A stretch of 64,000 nt of DNA, from the NCBI GenBank assembly GCA_004764695.1, contig SMSO01000014.1, positions 2,599,648 through 2,663,647 on the forward strand. The letters are read 5' to 3'. The translations under genes and the position numbers were made by a program. This document shows positions 1 to 12,322 of this stretch, piece by piece. Every line of letters begins with the position of its first letter. Position 1 is the first letter of the stretch. This DNA is from Schizochytrium sp. TIO01. Taxonomy: Eukaryota; Protista; Bigyra: Labyrinthulomycetes. The notes beneath the pieces are model-generated. The model made no database searches. It saw only the letters and a list, made by a program, of their open reading frames with translations, and had not been told where the DNA came from.

Positions 1-797
1 GGGTAAAAGAGACTTGGGGAAAAAAAGAAATAAATAACAGATCAGAACATGTTCTATTCATCCTGAAAAAGTACAGAAGAAAAAATCGAACTGGGCTTAC
101 TTTTTATCATGGCTAATAGTGAACTGCATAAAAGAGTGCACAAAGGGAGAATTACTGGGCTAATTTCAAAACTAAACCATCTTCAAGCATGAGGACTTGC
201 GGAGAGTATGCGGATGCTATTAAGACATACAGCATGCTCTCAGAACTTTACCGAAAATGCACAATTTTTGTGAAAGCAGAAAAGAAGTAGAGGATCCAAA
301 ACGAGCGTATGAAAAATATATTGTTTCTTTCGTTATTTTAATTTCTAATGTGCGCGAGCGGTGCTTTAATTTCTACTACCGAATCGCGAATGGATAATTT
401 CTAGAACTATGAGTACAAACTTGCACAGATGAAAATAAATGTGCAAATGACTATCCTGAGGCCAGTGACCTTTCCATTCTACGACATTTGATATTGGACA
501 CGTTGTTCATTAATATAGTCCAAATGATGTGGCATAGTGTTTCTACATGAAGCAAAGAAAATTGCAATGGGGAGTTCTTCTAGGGGGGCGTATGTACGCA
601 CATAGATAACATGCTTGGTCGTGGGGTGAGAAGAAGAAATGAAACACTGCGGAAATCATCTCCATACACTGGACTATTCTCAGCGTACTATCATACTACA
701 TTCTCTTGTTCGGAGACCACCATTTGGCCCACATTTTCTCCTATTGGGTAAAGTAAACAAGAGTAGGTATTTCTTGCATTATGCCAAGATGACGCAA

Positions 798-1433
798 TCA
801 TACATCTTCTGATTTGTATGAGTCCCAGTGTCTGCGACGCATACGGTCCTGCTCATAGGCTTCTTGCTCCTGGCAAGGCGAGTCTCCCTGAGGCCGCGAA
901 TACCTGTGCCTGTAGTGCGGTGGAATGTCAGGGTGGGCACCAGGCCATTCCCCGTGGCTCTCCTTGAACGGCCTAAATAGCTCCCTCCCGAGCTCGTGGA
1001 ACATCTCGTCGAAGCCACGCTGCATCAGCTCAAAGGGGTCCATGAAGCCTGGGGAGCGTTCAAAATCGCCAAATCGATCAAATGGGTCCACTTGTCGGTG
1101 GCCTTCAGAGCCTTGTGAGGGGGTTTGCGATGGAGCGCTTGGTCGCATCTGGTTTCCCATCGAGAATCCAAATTCCCTGAGGCCTGCATCAGAATCGTCG
1201 GAGGTAGTCTCTTCGATACGCTCCACCTCTTCAACAGGTTTGCCCGGGCACCGCCGCAAGAGTTTTCGAAGCAGTTTGCACTCCATACGACGTCCTGAAT
1301 CTGTATTCGTATCATCAACAGAGGCGCAGCGGCGGCTCATCTCCTCAAAGTAGCTACACCGAGGGTCGCGCTCGTGATGAAAACCCGATGGATCCTCACG
1401 ATGGCCGCCATCACTGCCATCGTTTTGGGACAT
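798..1433 (-). CDS. Conserved hypothetical protein resembling plant Mal d 1/Fra a 1-associated protein
   Basis: 211-aa ATG ORF. Four spaced Cys in the N-terminal half (RCSY..RRCASV..MECKLLRKLLRRCPGKPVEEVE), an F/G/M/D-rich middle and a C-terminal ...SEDV recall the MdAP family; recognised from memory only. Confidence 0.55.
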   Translation of the reverse strand: MSQNDGSDGGHREDPSGFHHERDPRCSYFEEMSRRCASVDDTNTDSGRRMECKLLRKLLRRCPGKPVEEVERIEETTSDDSDAGLREFGFSMGNQMRPSAPSQTPSQGSEGHRQVDPFDRFGDFERSPGFMDPFELMQRGFDEMFHELGRELFRPFKESHGEWPGAHPDIPPHYRHRYSRPQGDSPCQEQEAYEQDRMRRRHWDSYKSEDV

Positions 1434-2416
1434 CTTTGTCCTCTCAAATACCTAGCGCGACTACCGCAATGATAGCCAGCAAACTCAGCACAATATCCGA
1501 CGCCTTCGCAAGATGCCCAAGGCGTAGCGTTCAAGTTTTCGAAGTTTCTACTTTGCTTTAGCTTCTCTTTTAGCTCCAATGTTTTCATTTCGTATAGCAT
1601 TATCATAATGCCAGTGCAATAAAATTAGCAATATATAACATAGGTACCTACGAGTCCGATTTACATTTATTATCCTTACTTCATAATAGTGAAATAACTC
1701 TCTGTCGGAGCTTGCAAAGGGTTTAGTTATTTATAGCAGTGTCCACAAGAGGGTTATAGCGTCTACAAATAGGTTATAGGGCTCTCTAAGTGAAGCTTCG
1801 AGAGTGTTCTCCTTGTTTCCCTTATGGTGCGGGAGGACCTGGGAAACCCCGGAGGCTTGATGTAAATGATTCCGCTCAGGCATATGTAGCACTTGCTGGC
1901 TGTGGCGAAGTATAATTAAGTTGATTGCGAAGGCGTTCGAATGACGTGCTTTACAATAACTGGTGGCCGAGGATCCGGGGCTGGTGAGATGCGTGAAGGG
2001 ATTTTGCGGTGTTGAAGCTGTGATGAACTTACAATTCAACCTACCTCCGGATCAAAGCCTTCAGTTTTAGTAGTCCCACGAGGTTGCCAGACCACCAGAG
2101 AGAAATTTATAGTGTGCTCATAGCGACCATTTTGAACAGTATTCATTCGTTCCTCTGGGTCCAGCTTTGCGGGGGGTAATTGTTGCTGAGGAAACAAGAA
2201 GGACAACGAGACGCCTTAAATGAGCATAGTGATCACGGATTTATCTGCTGTTCGGGAGTGTGCAAACAAGACGCAGTCAGGAGACCGAAAATTGCACTTA
2301 CAAACCACTTGATCCGAATGCGTGCTGGTAAGTATTTGATGTATGTAAGATTTAAAAAAGAGAAGCAATAACAAGAGTTAATTCACGAATGGTAATACTG
2401 AGTTTGGTATGAAAAG

Positions 2417-4528
2417 CTAAAACAAGGGGTTGGAGTTGTCGGTATATCTCATGCGGCCACGTGCCTCGCGAACCTTGCCGAAGTTTTTGCTACGCATGGC
2501 ACGAGCTTTCTTACTGTTGTGGGAACGATATTCACCGACCTTCTTCTTCTCCTTCCACTTGCGACGACCTGCGGTGGAGCGTCCAAATTCTGCGACCACG
2601 GTCTTCGGTCCTGCTCCGCCGTTTATTTGGCCAGGCTGAAGCGTCTGGCCACCGCCAGCACCGCTGCGCATCACTGTCGGGAGAAGGTAGTCCGGAATAT
2701 GTTTAAGGTGAGTCTGCACTTTGCTGGTGCGAAAAGCGTCATGCTTGAGAAGGGCGCGCTCCATTGGGTTATCTTCAAAGTGGGACCTGAGTTTCTCAGA
2801 GTTGAGCATCTCACGCTTGACCTCACGGACGCGAGCTTCCTGGATGGCCTTCTTAGTAACAGCTCGTGCAACGTCCTCCACGCGGTAGCGAAAGTTATTA
2901 ATCTCACGGATATCGAGCGCAAGCGGCGCCGGCTGCGGCTGGTCATCGATTGCGGGCTGTGAGGCTTGGATCTCCTCAAGAAGGTCGTGCTCCTCTTCAC
3001 TGTCTGCATTCACAATTGTCAGTGCCATACCACCCGCACCTCCACGAGCAGTACGACCGATTCGGTGGGTGTAGGCCTCCAAGCTTGCCGGCATATCAAT
3101 GTTCACCACTACGGAGACACCCTTGAAGTCAACACCGCGGGCGACACCAAATTCGTCATCTGCCTCGACCTCGTTGCGCTGGCGCTTTCGTTTATTGTTC
3201 TTTCCGTTGTCTTGTTTTGTTTGTTCTTGCTTAGTTTGCTCCTCGTCTTCATCTTCTTCGTCTTCGTCCTCCTCGTCATCTTCTTCGTCTTCGTCCTCCT
3301 CGTCATCTTCTTCGTCTTCGTCCTCCTCGTCACTGGTCTCCTTAGTCTTCTTGCTCTTCTTCTTGTTCTCTCCTTCGTCTTCGTCATCTTCATCTTCATC
3401 ATCTTCTTCGTCTTCATCATCCTCATCTTCATCGTCTTCACTATCTTCCTCCATATCTTCGTCCTCGTCCTCCTCATCGTCACTGTCAAACTCGCCCTCG
3501 TAAGACTCTGGCACGACCATGGAATCATCCGTACAAATAAGGTTATCAAAGACACCCTTGTTAAACTCCTGCAGGATATGCAGACGAGTGTTCATGGGAA
3601 GTTCTGCGTTAAGCACTGCTGCCTTAATGTGAAATTGCTCCAGAAGCAGCTTGATCCTGTAGCAGCTATTGATGGAGTTCACAAAGAAGAGCTTCTTGCC
3701 GCTGATGAGCTCGAGCCTTAGCAACGCAAAGAGTAAGACGTCGCGGTCCTTCTCTTTAGCCTCTACAAACCACTGTGCCAGCGCTCCATCTGTCGGTGCC
3801 TCTTGCACCTTGACAGTAACCGCGTTGTGCAACACAAGCTTCTTGAGTGCCTGCACATCTGCATTAAGCGTCGCAGACATCAAAAACGATTGACACGTGT
3901 TAGGCAATTGCGAGACAATGGTGCTCACATCATCGGCGTAGCCGAAGGAGAAGATAAGGTCAGCCTCATCTACAACCACAGTCTCCACAGTAGACTTTAA
4001 TCCATACGCACCGGAGGTCTTGGCCTTGTCGAGAAGCGCCGCGAGTCTGCCAGGCGTGGAGATAACAATGTCCGGCTTGCCGCGGAGCCAGGTCTCCTGC
4101 ACGGAGGTCTTCTCAGCGGAGAGTGCCACGCACCGCACGTCATCACGGCAGAAGTACAGAAGAGCGTCCAGCTGGGCATGGACTTGAGCCACAAGCTCGC
4201 GCGTAGGCACGAGGACCACAGCACGGACGGCGTCGCGAGACGCGACACTACCACTCGCAGAAGTTTGAATCTCTGAAGCCTGAAGCTTCGAGGAGAGCAC
4301 CTTTTGCACAAGAGGGATAAGGTAGGCAAGAGTCTTGCCAGAACCTGTGCGAGCGCGAACGAGAAGGTCCTTGCCTTCCAGAGCAAGAGGCAGGGTACGA
4401 CGCTGGACCACAGTCGGCCGCACGAATCCGCATTTCATGATGGCCTTGAGAAGGCGACGGTCCAAAGCGAGACCCAACGTAGCGAACGTCTCGTCAGCGC
4501 CGGCATCGGCGCCATGGACGTCCGACAT
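2417..4528 (-). CDS. DDX56: ATP-dependent DEAD-box RNA helicase DBP9/DDX56 (60S biogenesis)
   Basis: Q motif, ARTGSGKT, PTREL, DEAD (VVVDEADLIFSFGY), SAT and HRIGRTAR motifs. DBP9-specific C-terminal FRYRVEDVARAVT..EARVREVKREMLNSEKLRSHFEDNP. First ATG is at 4528; the track starts upstream at a non-ATG codon. Confidence 0.93.
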   Translation of the reverse strand: MSDVHGADAGADETFATLGLALDRRLLKAIMKCGFVRPTVVQRRTLPLALEGKDLLVRARTGSGKTLAYLIPLVQKVLSSKLQASEIQTSASGSVASRDAVRAVVLVPTRELVAQVHAQLDALLYFCRDDVRCVALSAEKTSVQETWLRGKPDIVISTPGRLAALLDKAKTSGAYGLKSTVETVVVDEADLIFSFGYADDVSTIVSQLPNTCQSFLMSATLNADVQALKKLVLHNAVTVKVQEAPTDGALAQWFVEAKEKDRDVLLFALLRLELISGKKLFFVNSINSCYRIKLLLEQFHIKAAVLNAELPMNTRLHILQEFNKGVFDNLICTDDSMVVPESYEGEFDSDDEEDEDEDMEEDSEDDEDEDDEDEEDDEDEDDEDEGENKKKSKKTKETSDEEDEDEEDDEEDEDEEDDEEDEDEEDEDEEQTKQEQTKQDNGKNNKRKRQRNEVEADDEFGVARGVDFKGVSVVVNIDMPASLEAYTHRIGRTARGGAGGMALTIVNADSEEEHDLLEEIQASQPAIDDQPQPAPLALDIREINNFRYRVEDVARAVTKKAIQEARVREVKREMLNSEKLRSHFEDNPMERALLKHDAFRTSKVQTHLKHIPDYLLPTVMRSGAGGGQTLQPGQINGGAGPKTVVAEFGRSTAGRRKWKEKKKVGEYRSHNSKKARAMRSKNFGKVREARGRMRYTDNSNPLF
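3240..3482 (-). repeat. Acidic (D/E) low-complexity coding insert in DDX56, including 27-nt tandem units
   Basis: ctcgtcatcttcttcgtcttcgtcctc units repeated at ~3245-3330, plus a (TCN)n-like D/E tract at 3375-3482. Confidence 0.85.
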
Positions 4529-6330
4529 GGTGGAAGTGGCACCCCAACCGAGCAGACTCCAAACAGAAGTCGCCGCGGAACTCAACCCGCTGCGATGTAA
4601 TCTGTGTTCTGTCTCGAAGTTTCGACAATTCGTCGCCCAAACCAGCCAGCCACGCCTTCATTAACTACCTGTATCTACCCATATTATCTCTAGAACGTTC
4701 ACTATTTATGAAGAACTTATTTATCTTTTAACACATCTAAGAAAATGGGTTCTGCAGAGACACATAGTAGATATACGGAAACGGGATCCCCAAGTATAGA
4801 AAGTACTGATACAAGAAGGAACAGGAGGACGGGGACCAGTTATTCGAAAGGCGGTTCTCCTGGAGATAACATGAATTCTTTCATTGTTATGTGTAGCTAG
4901 TACTCACATAGGCGGAGATCAGCACGCTAATTCTCCTAGTTAGTAGGTACCCTCAAGAACATGAGTTGCAAGGAGAGCGTGGAAACCAAGAGCTTTAGAG
5001 GCAAACTTCGTGAAAGACCATGCTTGACACGATGGTGCATGGGTGAGCGAAACTGGAGGAGCAAATGCTGAACTAGGAGAAGAAACTTCGAAGATTCGCA
5101 ATGCAGAAGACGTTTTAATTTGTGTAATGCGAATAACCTGGGACGAACAAATGTGTAACGGTAGTAGTACCTAGGTACCCAATTACCTGCAAGACATTTG
5201 ACTTGTTAGGATGCAGTGTCGAGGAAATCGCCAAGAATTACGAGCTTTGGAGCAAGCTCAATTTAGGTTGACAGTGCAGTGCAGCAATTAGAAATGATGG
5301 GAATCGTTGATCGAAACGTGGACAGTGAAGTCTGAAGGAGGGGAGCATTGAAACGAAGAGAGGATTTCGCAAGGCGTTTCCGTGCTTCGAGAAACGAACC
5401 TGCTAAAATGCACAGCACAGGCTTTTCTTGCTTGAGAGCACTGAGAAACGATATTCTCGAATGGCAAAGTCGAAACAATCAATACGCTGGAGTTTGCGTA
5501 CCATGTTAGCTTCAAACATTTTAGCTTCTTCTTTTATGCCATAAATAAACCCTACTGCATATAACACGCTGCACGTTGACCTCCTCAGGCCATTATGTGA
5601 TGGTACCTACTCCTATTACTACCATACAATACGCAGTCTACACTACACAGCCTTGAAAGATCCGTGCCTCGCACGCCCAAGAACCGTGTTCCAGCATTGC
5701 TCGCTGTTTTTCACTTGAGGAGACGACTCTGCACTGTCTTAAAAAAACTTTTACAATCCCCTTTCTTGTCATAGTTTTCCTACCAAAGCTTTTTATCTAA
5801 ACGACATAGCATAGTAGAAAAGCAAGACCACTCACTAGACACACCATCATTTTCGCTAGACTGCAGTGCAGATAGCTACGTTCCACCATCTTTTGTGGTT
5901 GTTTTATCATTCCCATCCATTCCAAACCTAGTTCCTGCAAACAGAGCACACAATATTACTCGAGAAGCGATAGTTAACGAGTTGAAGCTAGATTGTCGCA
6001 AATCTTCAAGGTAATGGATTCCTTGGTAATCTTTTGCAACAACTTGAGCATCCTAACGACGGCAAATTTTCGTTCTCTTGGGAACCTGAGCAGGGTTGCT
6101 AGGAGTTATATATTTGAACATAGAAGTCTTGACCCCTTTTTTTCAAATGAAAAGGGTTCTGCAACCACAGAAATTAATTCTTCAAGCTACCATGACGCAG
6201 AACCAGAATAGAAGCGAGCCCACAACGAAAGAAGACCTCCTTACGAGCAACCGGTTGCTTAGCAGCGTTGTTGCACTAGCAATCGAAACGCTCGGAACTA
6301 GCCTTACAAGTCCTGAGCCACGTAGCAGAG

Positions 6331-8535
6331 ATGGCGCCAGTGCTCATGTCGCACAGACCTGGACAAAGCCCGTCTCCGCGGAACGGAGTGAACTCAAACG
6401 CTCAGGTTGTACAGATTGCAAATACCAACGGTGCACTTGGCTCTGCGGGAAGCCAAAGCATGGATTCGTCTAGTCGAATGAAAGGAGAGGGGGGCATCCA
6501 TCTCGGCTTCCAAGTAGCAGTAAGCTACCTCAGGAGCTGGCAACACGTCTACGTGAGGGCGTCAAAGTCAGAAACTCGAGCAATCCTTATTAAGGCCCTA
6601 TTTGAGGAGTTCAATGCCTCGCACGTCTTCAGAACCGCTACTAATGGAGGCCTTGTGTCTTTCGAGATTACCCCGAGAAGGCCGACGAATTTTTCTGCAA
6701 GAATTGGAGAAAAACGTGGAAGAGGAGAAAGCCGTCCGGCAGAGACACTTGTGCTCGACCGTGTAGAAGGCTTTGTCTACGATTTTGCTAAAGCTCTCCT
6801 TAACACCTGGGCTCATGCAGCACAAGGTCAAGAAGAAGGGCTAGCAAGCATGCAATCGGTCCACCGAATCCAGCAAAATAAAAGAGTTCGTATCACTTGC
6901 GAAAGCAATAGTCAAACTGGATCTAAGTATTGTTTTACCTCTGACAACATTAAGCGAATCTGTCGTCTCAACGCCGCTAGAGCGATTGCAGCAAGGTGTG
7001 TGACCCTATACTCTTCAGCAACATTTAGCAACATATGTGCACAGTCAGCCCAACTATCATGTGAGGAACTTGAGCTGGAAAAATTGTGCTTTGAGATTTT
7101 TTGGGAAGGGATCCTGCACCGAGATCGGAAGACTCTTGAGGAGTTTCTGTTGCAAGAGAGAATTGATTTCTGCCAACAGCTCGATGCATATGTGCTAGGA
7201 CCAGGAGAAACCTTGCGTACGAGTCAAAAAGGTCCCTTTTGGCAAATTTTGCGAAGGTCCCATCACATTGATGAAGACAGTGACATGCCCTCAATGCGGG
7301 AATTATTAGGTGTCAAATCAGATGCTCAAGCTCCGTGGATGTCAGAAGGGGAACCTATCCCTCTTGTGACCTCCATTCCGCCCGAAGATTATGCCCAAGA
7401 CAACTGTCTCTTCAATTTCGGCTCGGATATGTTTTTAAACACCCGAAAAGCTCACAGTAAGGCCATTATTAGCCCTATTCCGGTCCATAATTCTAATCCT
7501 GCAGAGTCCAAGGGTTGGAACGGCAGAAGTCATTCGCCCGACAATGCTGCAGACCGCACATCAGCACCAGGAAGACCAAGGCGACCTTTACCATTCAAAA
7601 GTCCCTTGGTTTGTAGAAGTGCTAGTATTGTTAAGGAGGGTAATTCAGAGCATTGCAAATTCCCACTAGACCAAGAGCGGCATCAGGTACAGGAGTATGG
7701 GAATAAGTGTACTTCCAATCGTTTTATGAGCGGCACGAGGGTTACTGGCGTAGACGACTGCAAAGATAGTCTATCTAGATACGATGACATCGCGTTGTTG
7801 CTGGCTATGTGCCGACTGCTGTTTGGTGGATCGAGGGGACCCGCAGATGTGCCTTCAGGAGAGGTACGCGTGGAGCACGAATTAACCCAATCTCGACGGC
7901 AGCTCGCCATTCTTTGGATGGTTATGCTTGAGCGCTATGGTGGCTGGCCAGGTAGTTCTGAGAGCGCATTACCAAGCAGGTTGAATCGCGACGAGTGCAC
8001 AACTCAAGTAAGAAGAAACTACGATGGGCACGCAAGTCAGAATTCGGTGGGAACTGAGAGCCTCGCTACAACAGTTTCCCATGAGACTTGGCTCCAAAGC
8101 ATATCTTCTGAAGCAGAAAACTGCAGACATCGCAGCAATAACAATGCACCTGAGCGTTACAGAGATTTCTCCTCTAGCTCTTCTTCATCTCAAGACAGTA
8201 TGAGCTCTTCAGCTTCTTCAACACCATCTTCGAAGTTATCTTCAACATGGTCAGCCTCGACCTGGACTTCTCCAGTTAAATCTTTCGGCCAAGAAGTCCA
8301 ATTTTGTCGGGCTCAAAAGACCTTGTGCAATTTTACACCAGGACCCTCCGAAGACGAGGTCTCACTACGATGGCAACGTACTTTGTCTAAAACTGTGCGC
8401 TGGCTGCGGCGTTATGCTATAACTCCGGCCGCAAAGGCCTTTATTCGGTCGGCCACAGTGGAGCTGACGCCGCTCGCAGACGAGCTGGACGAAGCATGTT
8501 ACCGGGGTGTTCCTCGGGCCCTGGGCGGGGCATAA
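6331..8535 (+). CDS. Hypothetical protein, 734 aa
   Basis: Long ATG-initiated ORF with Ser-rich disordered segments. No recognised domain; 5' end uncertain. Confidence 0.7.
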   Translation: MAPVLMSHRPGQSPSPRNGVNSNAQVVQIANTNGALGSAGSQSMDSSSRMKGEGGIHLGFQVAVSYLRSWQHVYVRASKSETRAILIKALFEEFNASHVFRTATNGGLVSFEITPRRPTNFSARIGEKRGRGESRPAETLVLDRVEGFVYDFAKALLNTWAHAAQGQEEGLASMQSVHRIQQNKRVRITCESNSQTGSKYCFTSDNIKRICRLNAARAIAARCVTLYSSATFSNICAQSAQLSCEELELEKLCFEIFWEGILHRDRKTLEEFLLQERIDFCQQLDAYVLGPGETLRTSQKGPFWQILRRSHHIDEDSDMPSMRELLGVKSDAQAPWMSEGEPIPLVTSIPPEDYAQDNCLFNFGSDMFLNTRKAHSKAIISPIPVHNSNPAESKGWNGRSHSPDNAADRTSAPGRPRRPLPFKSPLVCRSASIVKEGNSEHCKFPLDQERHQVQEYGNKCTSNRFMSGTRVTGVDDCKDSLSRYDDIALLLAMCRLLFGGSRGPADVPSGEVRVEHELTQSRRQLAILWMVMLERYGGWPGSSESALPSRLNRDECTTQVRRNYDGHASQNSVGTESLATTVSHETWLQSISSEAENCRHRSNNNAPERYRDFSSSSSSSQDSMSSSASSTPSSKLSSTWSASTWTSPVKSFGQEVQFCRAQKTLCNFTPGPSEDEVSLRWQRTLSKTVRWLRRYAITPAAKAFIRSATVELTPLADELDEACYRGVPRALGGA

Positions 8536-10583
8536 AATTTTAATGTTATCAAGCTATCTTCAGGAAACGTAACGTGTGAGTACTAGAGTGGTGAGTGACG
8601 ACGTCTTGGGTAGCGATGTTTAAAGTGCTAGAGACAACTCAATTGTTGTCGTATCTGAGTTTGTTTTTTAAGGTCCTTCGTGCTCAGTATTAGTTACTTA
8701 TGTCTTGATTTTCACGAAGGTCTCGCAGGGAGTACAATAGATATAACCTCAAGATTAAGCCTAAGCCATATATATATCATCGGATTTCTTTTGCGTGAAA
8801 AGATGGTTTTGCTGTATGAATCGAACCTTGCCAGAAAGGAACCTGTTGGCGCCATCTTCATAAACTAGAATAGGTATTGGTTGAAGTATGTAGTACCTCC
8901 TTCTGCTAACTATCTTTCCTTCCAAGGTGCTCCCAAGTGATGTAGATTCATCAATCGAATTACCTAGTACACACGATGCATCCAATTCCTGATGCTCGCC
9001 GTTGCATATCGAAGCTCAACTCTGGAGCGAACCTGGGGCACCGAGCAAACTCGTAATTGGCATTTGTCCGAGCTCATTTTATCATGAGAACTCCTTTGGT
9101 TGCTAGATTTTGTTTAGGTTTTTTATTTCAATCTTGAAGACTGCAAAAGACCTTTCATTGTATCCAAACCAGAAAATCGCGCCTCCAAGTCGCCTGCAAA
9201 GCTCCACCATATTTCGCACCTAATCGAATTCCAGCGTGTCGCCCTGAGCGTCGAGTCTTCCATACGAACCGAAGCACAGATAAATTGTGTGTTTTAAAAA
9301 TAAACATAAACAACAGTGCACCTAAGCCCTTTGTTCTTTTTTTTTTTCTTTTTTTAAAGCATATACTATTACTAGGTGTCTACTACTCCATCATGATTAA
9401 AAGCGACAAGAGCGACAACAACAAAAATATAAAATCACAATTTTTAGTGTCTCTGGTTTTTGTTCTCTCTAGTTGACGCACCACTTGCTATACACCCGAG
9501 GCTGCGTCATCTCACAGCTGTTTAACACCGAAAACCGGGCGCGAAGCCTCCACCTCTGATTTGTCGCACGCAGTTGAAGGATTTTCATCAATATAGCGAC
9601 AGAAGAGGCGACTTGAATCTGCTCCTTCCCAGCAGTTCACAATCCGATTTGATGAGCACCCTTCGTGCCATTTATTTTAGGCTTTTAATCAGAATTCTGA
9701 TTATTTATTTATTAAATAAAAGAATGAATTCATATCATTTTACCGCATCTGTCTTTTCTTTTAATCAATAATTAAAACAAAACTTTGAGTTTTTAACTAT
9801 GAATAGATATGACAGTATTATGCTAACAGAGGAATGAATAACTTTTGAGTTGATCAACTTTAAAAGAAAAAGAGAAAAGAAAATGAAGGAGAAAAAAAAA
9901 GAAATTGAGAGGGAGATCTTTTGGAACATGTTCTTCCAGAACATCTCTCAATCCCTCCTTTTAAAATAAGAACGGAACACGAACCCGACCGTGGCCCCGA
10001 CGGCTCAGGGCGGCGACACACTGGTAGCGTTAGATATTTAAGTTCTAGCAATGACGTATGCACTGAGGTGATACTAATGTAAATCTGTATTAAAACCTCA
10101 AGAGCACAGCGAGGGCAGGAAGCAAAACCTGAGCGACAAACAAAAGATTTGCAGCAGATACCGATTGAGACAACGCTCAAGGTACGTGATGAAGATACCG
10201 CCCCAGCAGCGATGGCACTGCGTCAGTCCGTGAGACGGCAAAGAATCGCGCAGCATGGTACCACTCGCGATCGTAGAACCTTACGGTGGCATAGCGCGGA
10301 GCCTGAGCAGCGTCGATGGAGCATGGATACAGATCGACAGATCTTCATTCTTCGTTTCTTCTTTGTTTCCATCTTAATCGTTCTCATAACCTTGCGCCAG
10401 AACGACAACGAAGACGACAGCGGCACCAACTGCGAAAGACGAGTGACAGAAAACTAACGAAGGACGTGAACCCTGCGTGTATCATGGCACTGCGAAATGC
10501 TTGACTTGAACGTACGGCTGTGGTGACAATGATTATGATGACAGAACGTGGAGCTCAGCCGCCAATAACTACACCTCGGAAAG

Positions 10584-12322
10584 ATGTCGGAACCCGTTGC
10601 CAAGAAGCAAAAGACGGAGCAGTCGCAGCTCGACCAGCTCAAGGAGATGACTAAGGTTGTCGCCGACACTGGTGACTTTCAGATGATTGAGAAGTTCAAG
10701 CCTGTTGATGTAAGTTATTCATGAGAACCCTTGTACTCCGGCCGCAATGGCGGAGATTCCGACGCGATCAACTTGGTCTCCCGAGGATTACTTTGTGTCG
10801 TCTATTTTAAGGGGAATGAGGCACGCTACAATCTTCCTGATTGCCTCCGTTTCCTACTTCTTCTCCGTTTTCCAGTGCTTATTCCTCTTTTCTCCTTCGA
10901 TGACTATTATGCCTCATATTTTTGCCCATGCCGCAAGATCTCATCCCATCCAAGGATTCGATGCGTTGCTATTGAGCCAATCATGGAGCGCATGTGCGAC
11001 TTGGACGGCGCTTCAAGGACAATATCGCATGGCTCTGTGCGATGTGAGAGGCCAGGAGAGCGTTTTTTTTTTTTCATATACATATATATATATGAAGGCA
11101 TGGGTCTTGAGGAAGAAAGGGGAATGAGATGGATCGCCAAATAGGGAGATAATGGGAATGAGGAGACAAGATAGGGAAAGAGGACACAGGTTGAGAGCGA
11201 AGGAAGCTAATCATGCAGACCTTCGCTGGTAATGATGTGCAAAGGGGAAAACAAAGATTGAGAAGTAGAGACGGTAGGACTCACGAAAAGACTTTGATTA
11301 TTTTTGTTCAATGCGGTCGGCTTTTGTAATAATGCTGATGAATGGGAATGTGACTATCCGGCGTGGAATGTGATTCAATTATCAATGTCGTGAAACTATT
11401 GTGCTTGCGTATGGAACAAAATACATTGCTATATAATGTGACAAAACAGGCCACCACCAACCCGTCCCTCATTCTTAAGGCCTCTACTATGCCTGAGTAC
11501 AAGGCAAAGGTGACTGACGCCATCGCCTACGCAAAGGAGAACTACAAGGGCGATGATGAGGTCGAGCGCATGGAGATCATCCTCGACCGCGTCTGCGTTG
11601 AGTTTGGCCTCGAGATTCTCAAGGTTGTTGAGGGTCTCGTCTCCACCGAGGTTGATGCCCGCCTCAGTTTTGATGCCGAGGCTTCTGTCAAGCGTGCCAA
11701 GCGCATCATTGACATGTACGAAGCTGCCGGTATCAAGCGCGACCGCGTGCTTATCAAGCTTGCCTCCACCTGGGAGGGTATCCAGGCTGCCAAGACTCTT
11801 GCCCAGGAAGGCATTAACTGCAACCTTACACTCCTCTTCTCCTTCTGCCAGGCCGTTGCATGCGCTGAGGCAGACGTTGCTCTCATCAGCCCCTTCGTTG
11901 GCCGCATCCGTGACTGGTACCAAAAGGCCAACAACAAGGAGTACCCTGCCCCTGAGGATCCGGGTGTCATCTCTGTCCAGAAGATCTACAACTACTACAA
12001 GAAGTACGGCTACAAGACCGTTGTCATGGGTGCTTCTTTCCGTAGCAAGGAGGAGATTATCGAGCTTGCTGGCTGCGACAAGCTCACCATTGGCCCCAAC
12101 TGGCTTGAAGAGCTCGAGAACACCAAGGAGCCCATTGAGGTCAAGCTCAGCCCTGAGGCCGCCAAGGAGGCCGATGTTGGCCCCAAGTTGGAGCTCAATG
12201 AGAAGACCTTCCGCTGGATGCTCAACGAGGATGCCATGGCTACCGAGAAGCTTGCTGAGGGCATTCGCGCTTTTGCTGCTGACATCATCAAACTCGAGGA
12301 TCTCGTTAAGTCCCTTATGTAA
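10584..12322 (+). CDS. TAL1: Transaldolase, 2 exons (10584-10709, 11450-12322)
   Basis: Exon 1 [36 protein letters not shown] ends at a GTAAGT donor (10710). The 740-nt intron ends at CAG (11449). Exon 2 has [21 protein letters not shown], the Schiff-base [16 protein letters not shown] and SPFVGRI. Strong codon bias. Confidence 0.97.

Noticed and set aside
2015-2200. Possible C/D-box snoRNA (GTGATGA near 2020)
   Set aside because: No properly spaced D box with a terminal stem and no recognisable rRNA guide.
2966-3721. Hydrophobic and poly-Ser ORFs on the plus strand
   Set aside because: Antisense reading of the DDX56 acidic repeat.
11363-11449. ORF-track N-terminus of transaldolase
   Set aside because: Lies within the intron; the true exon 1 is at 10584-10709.
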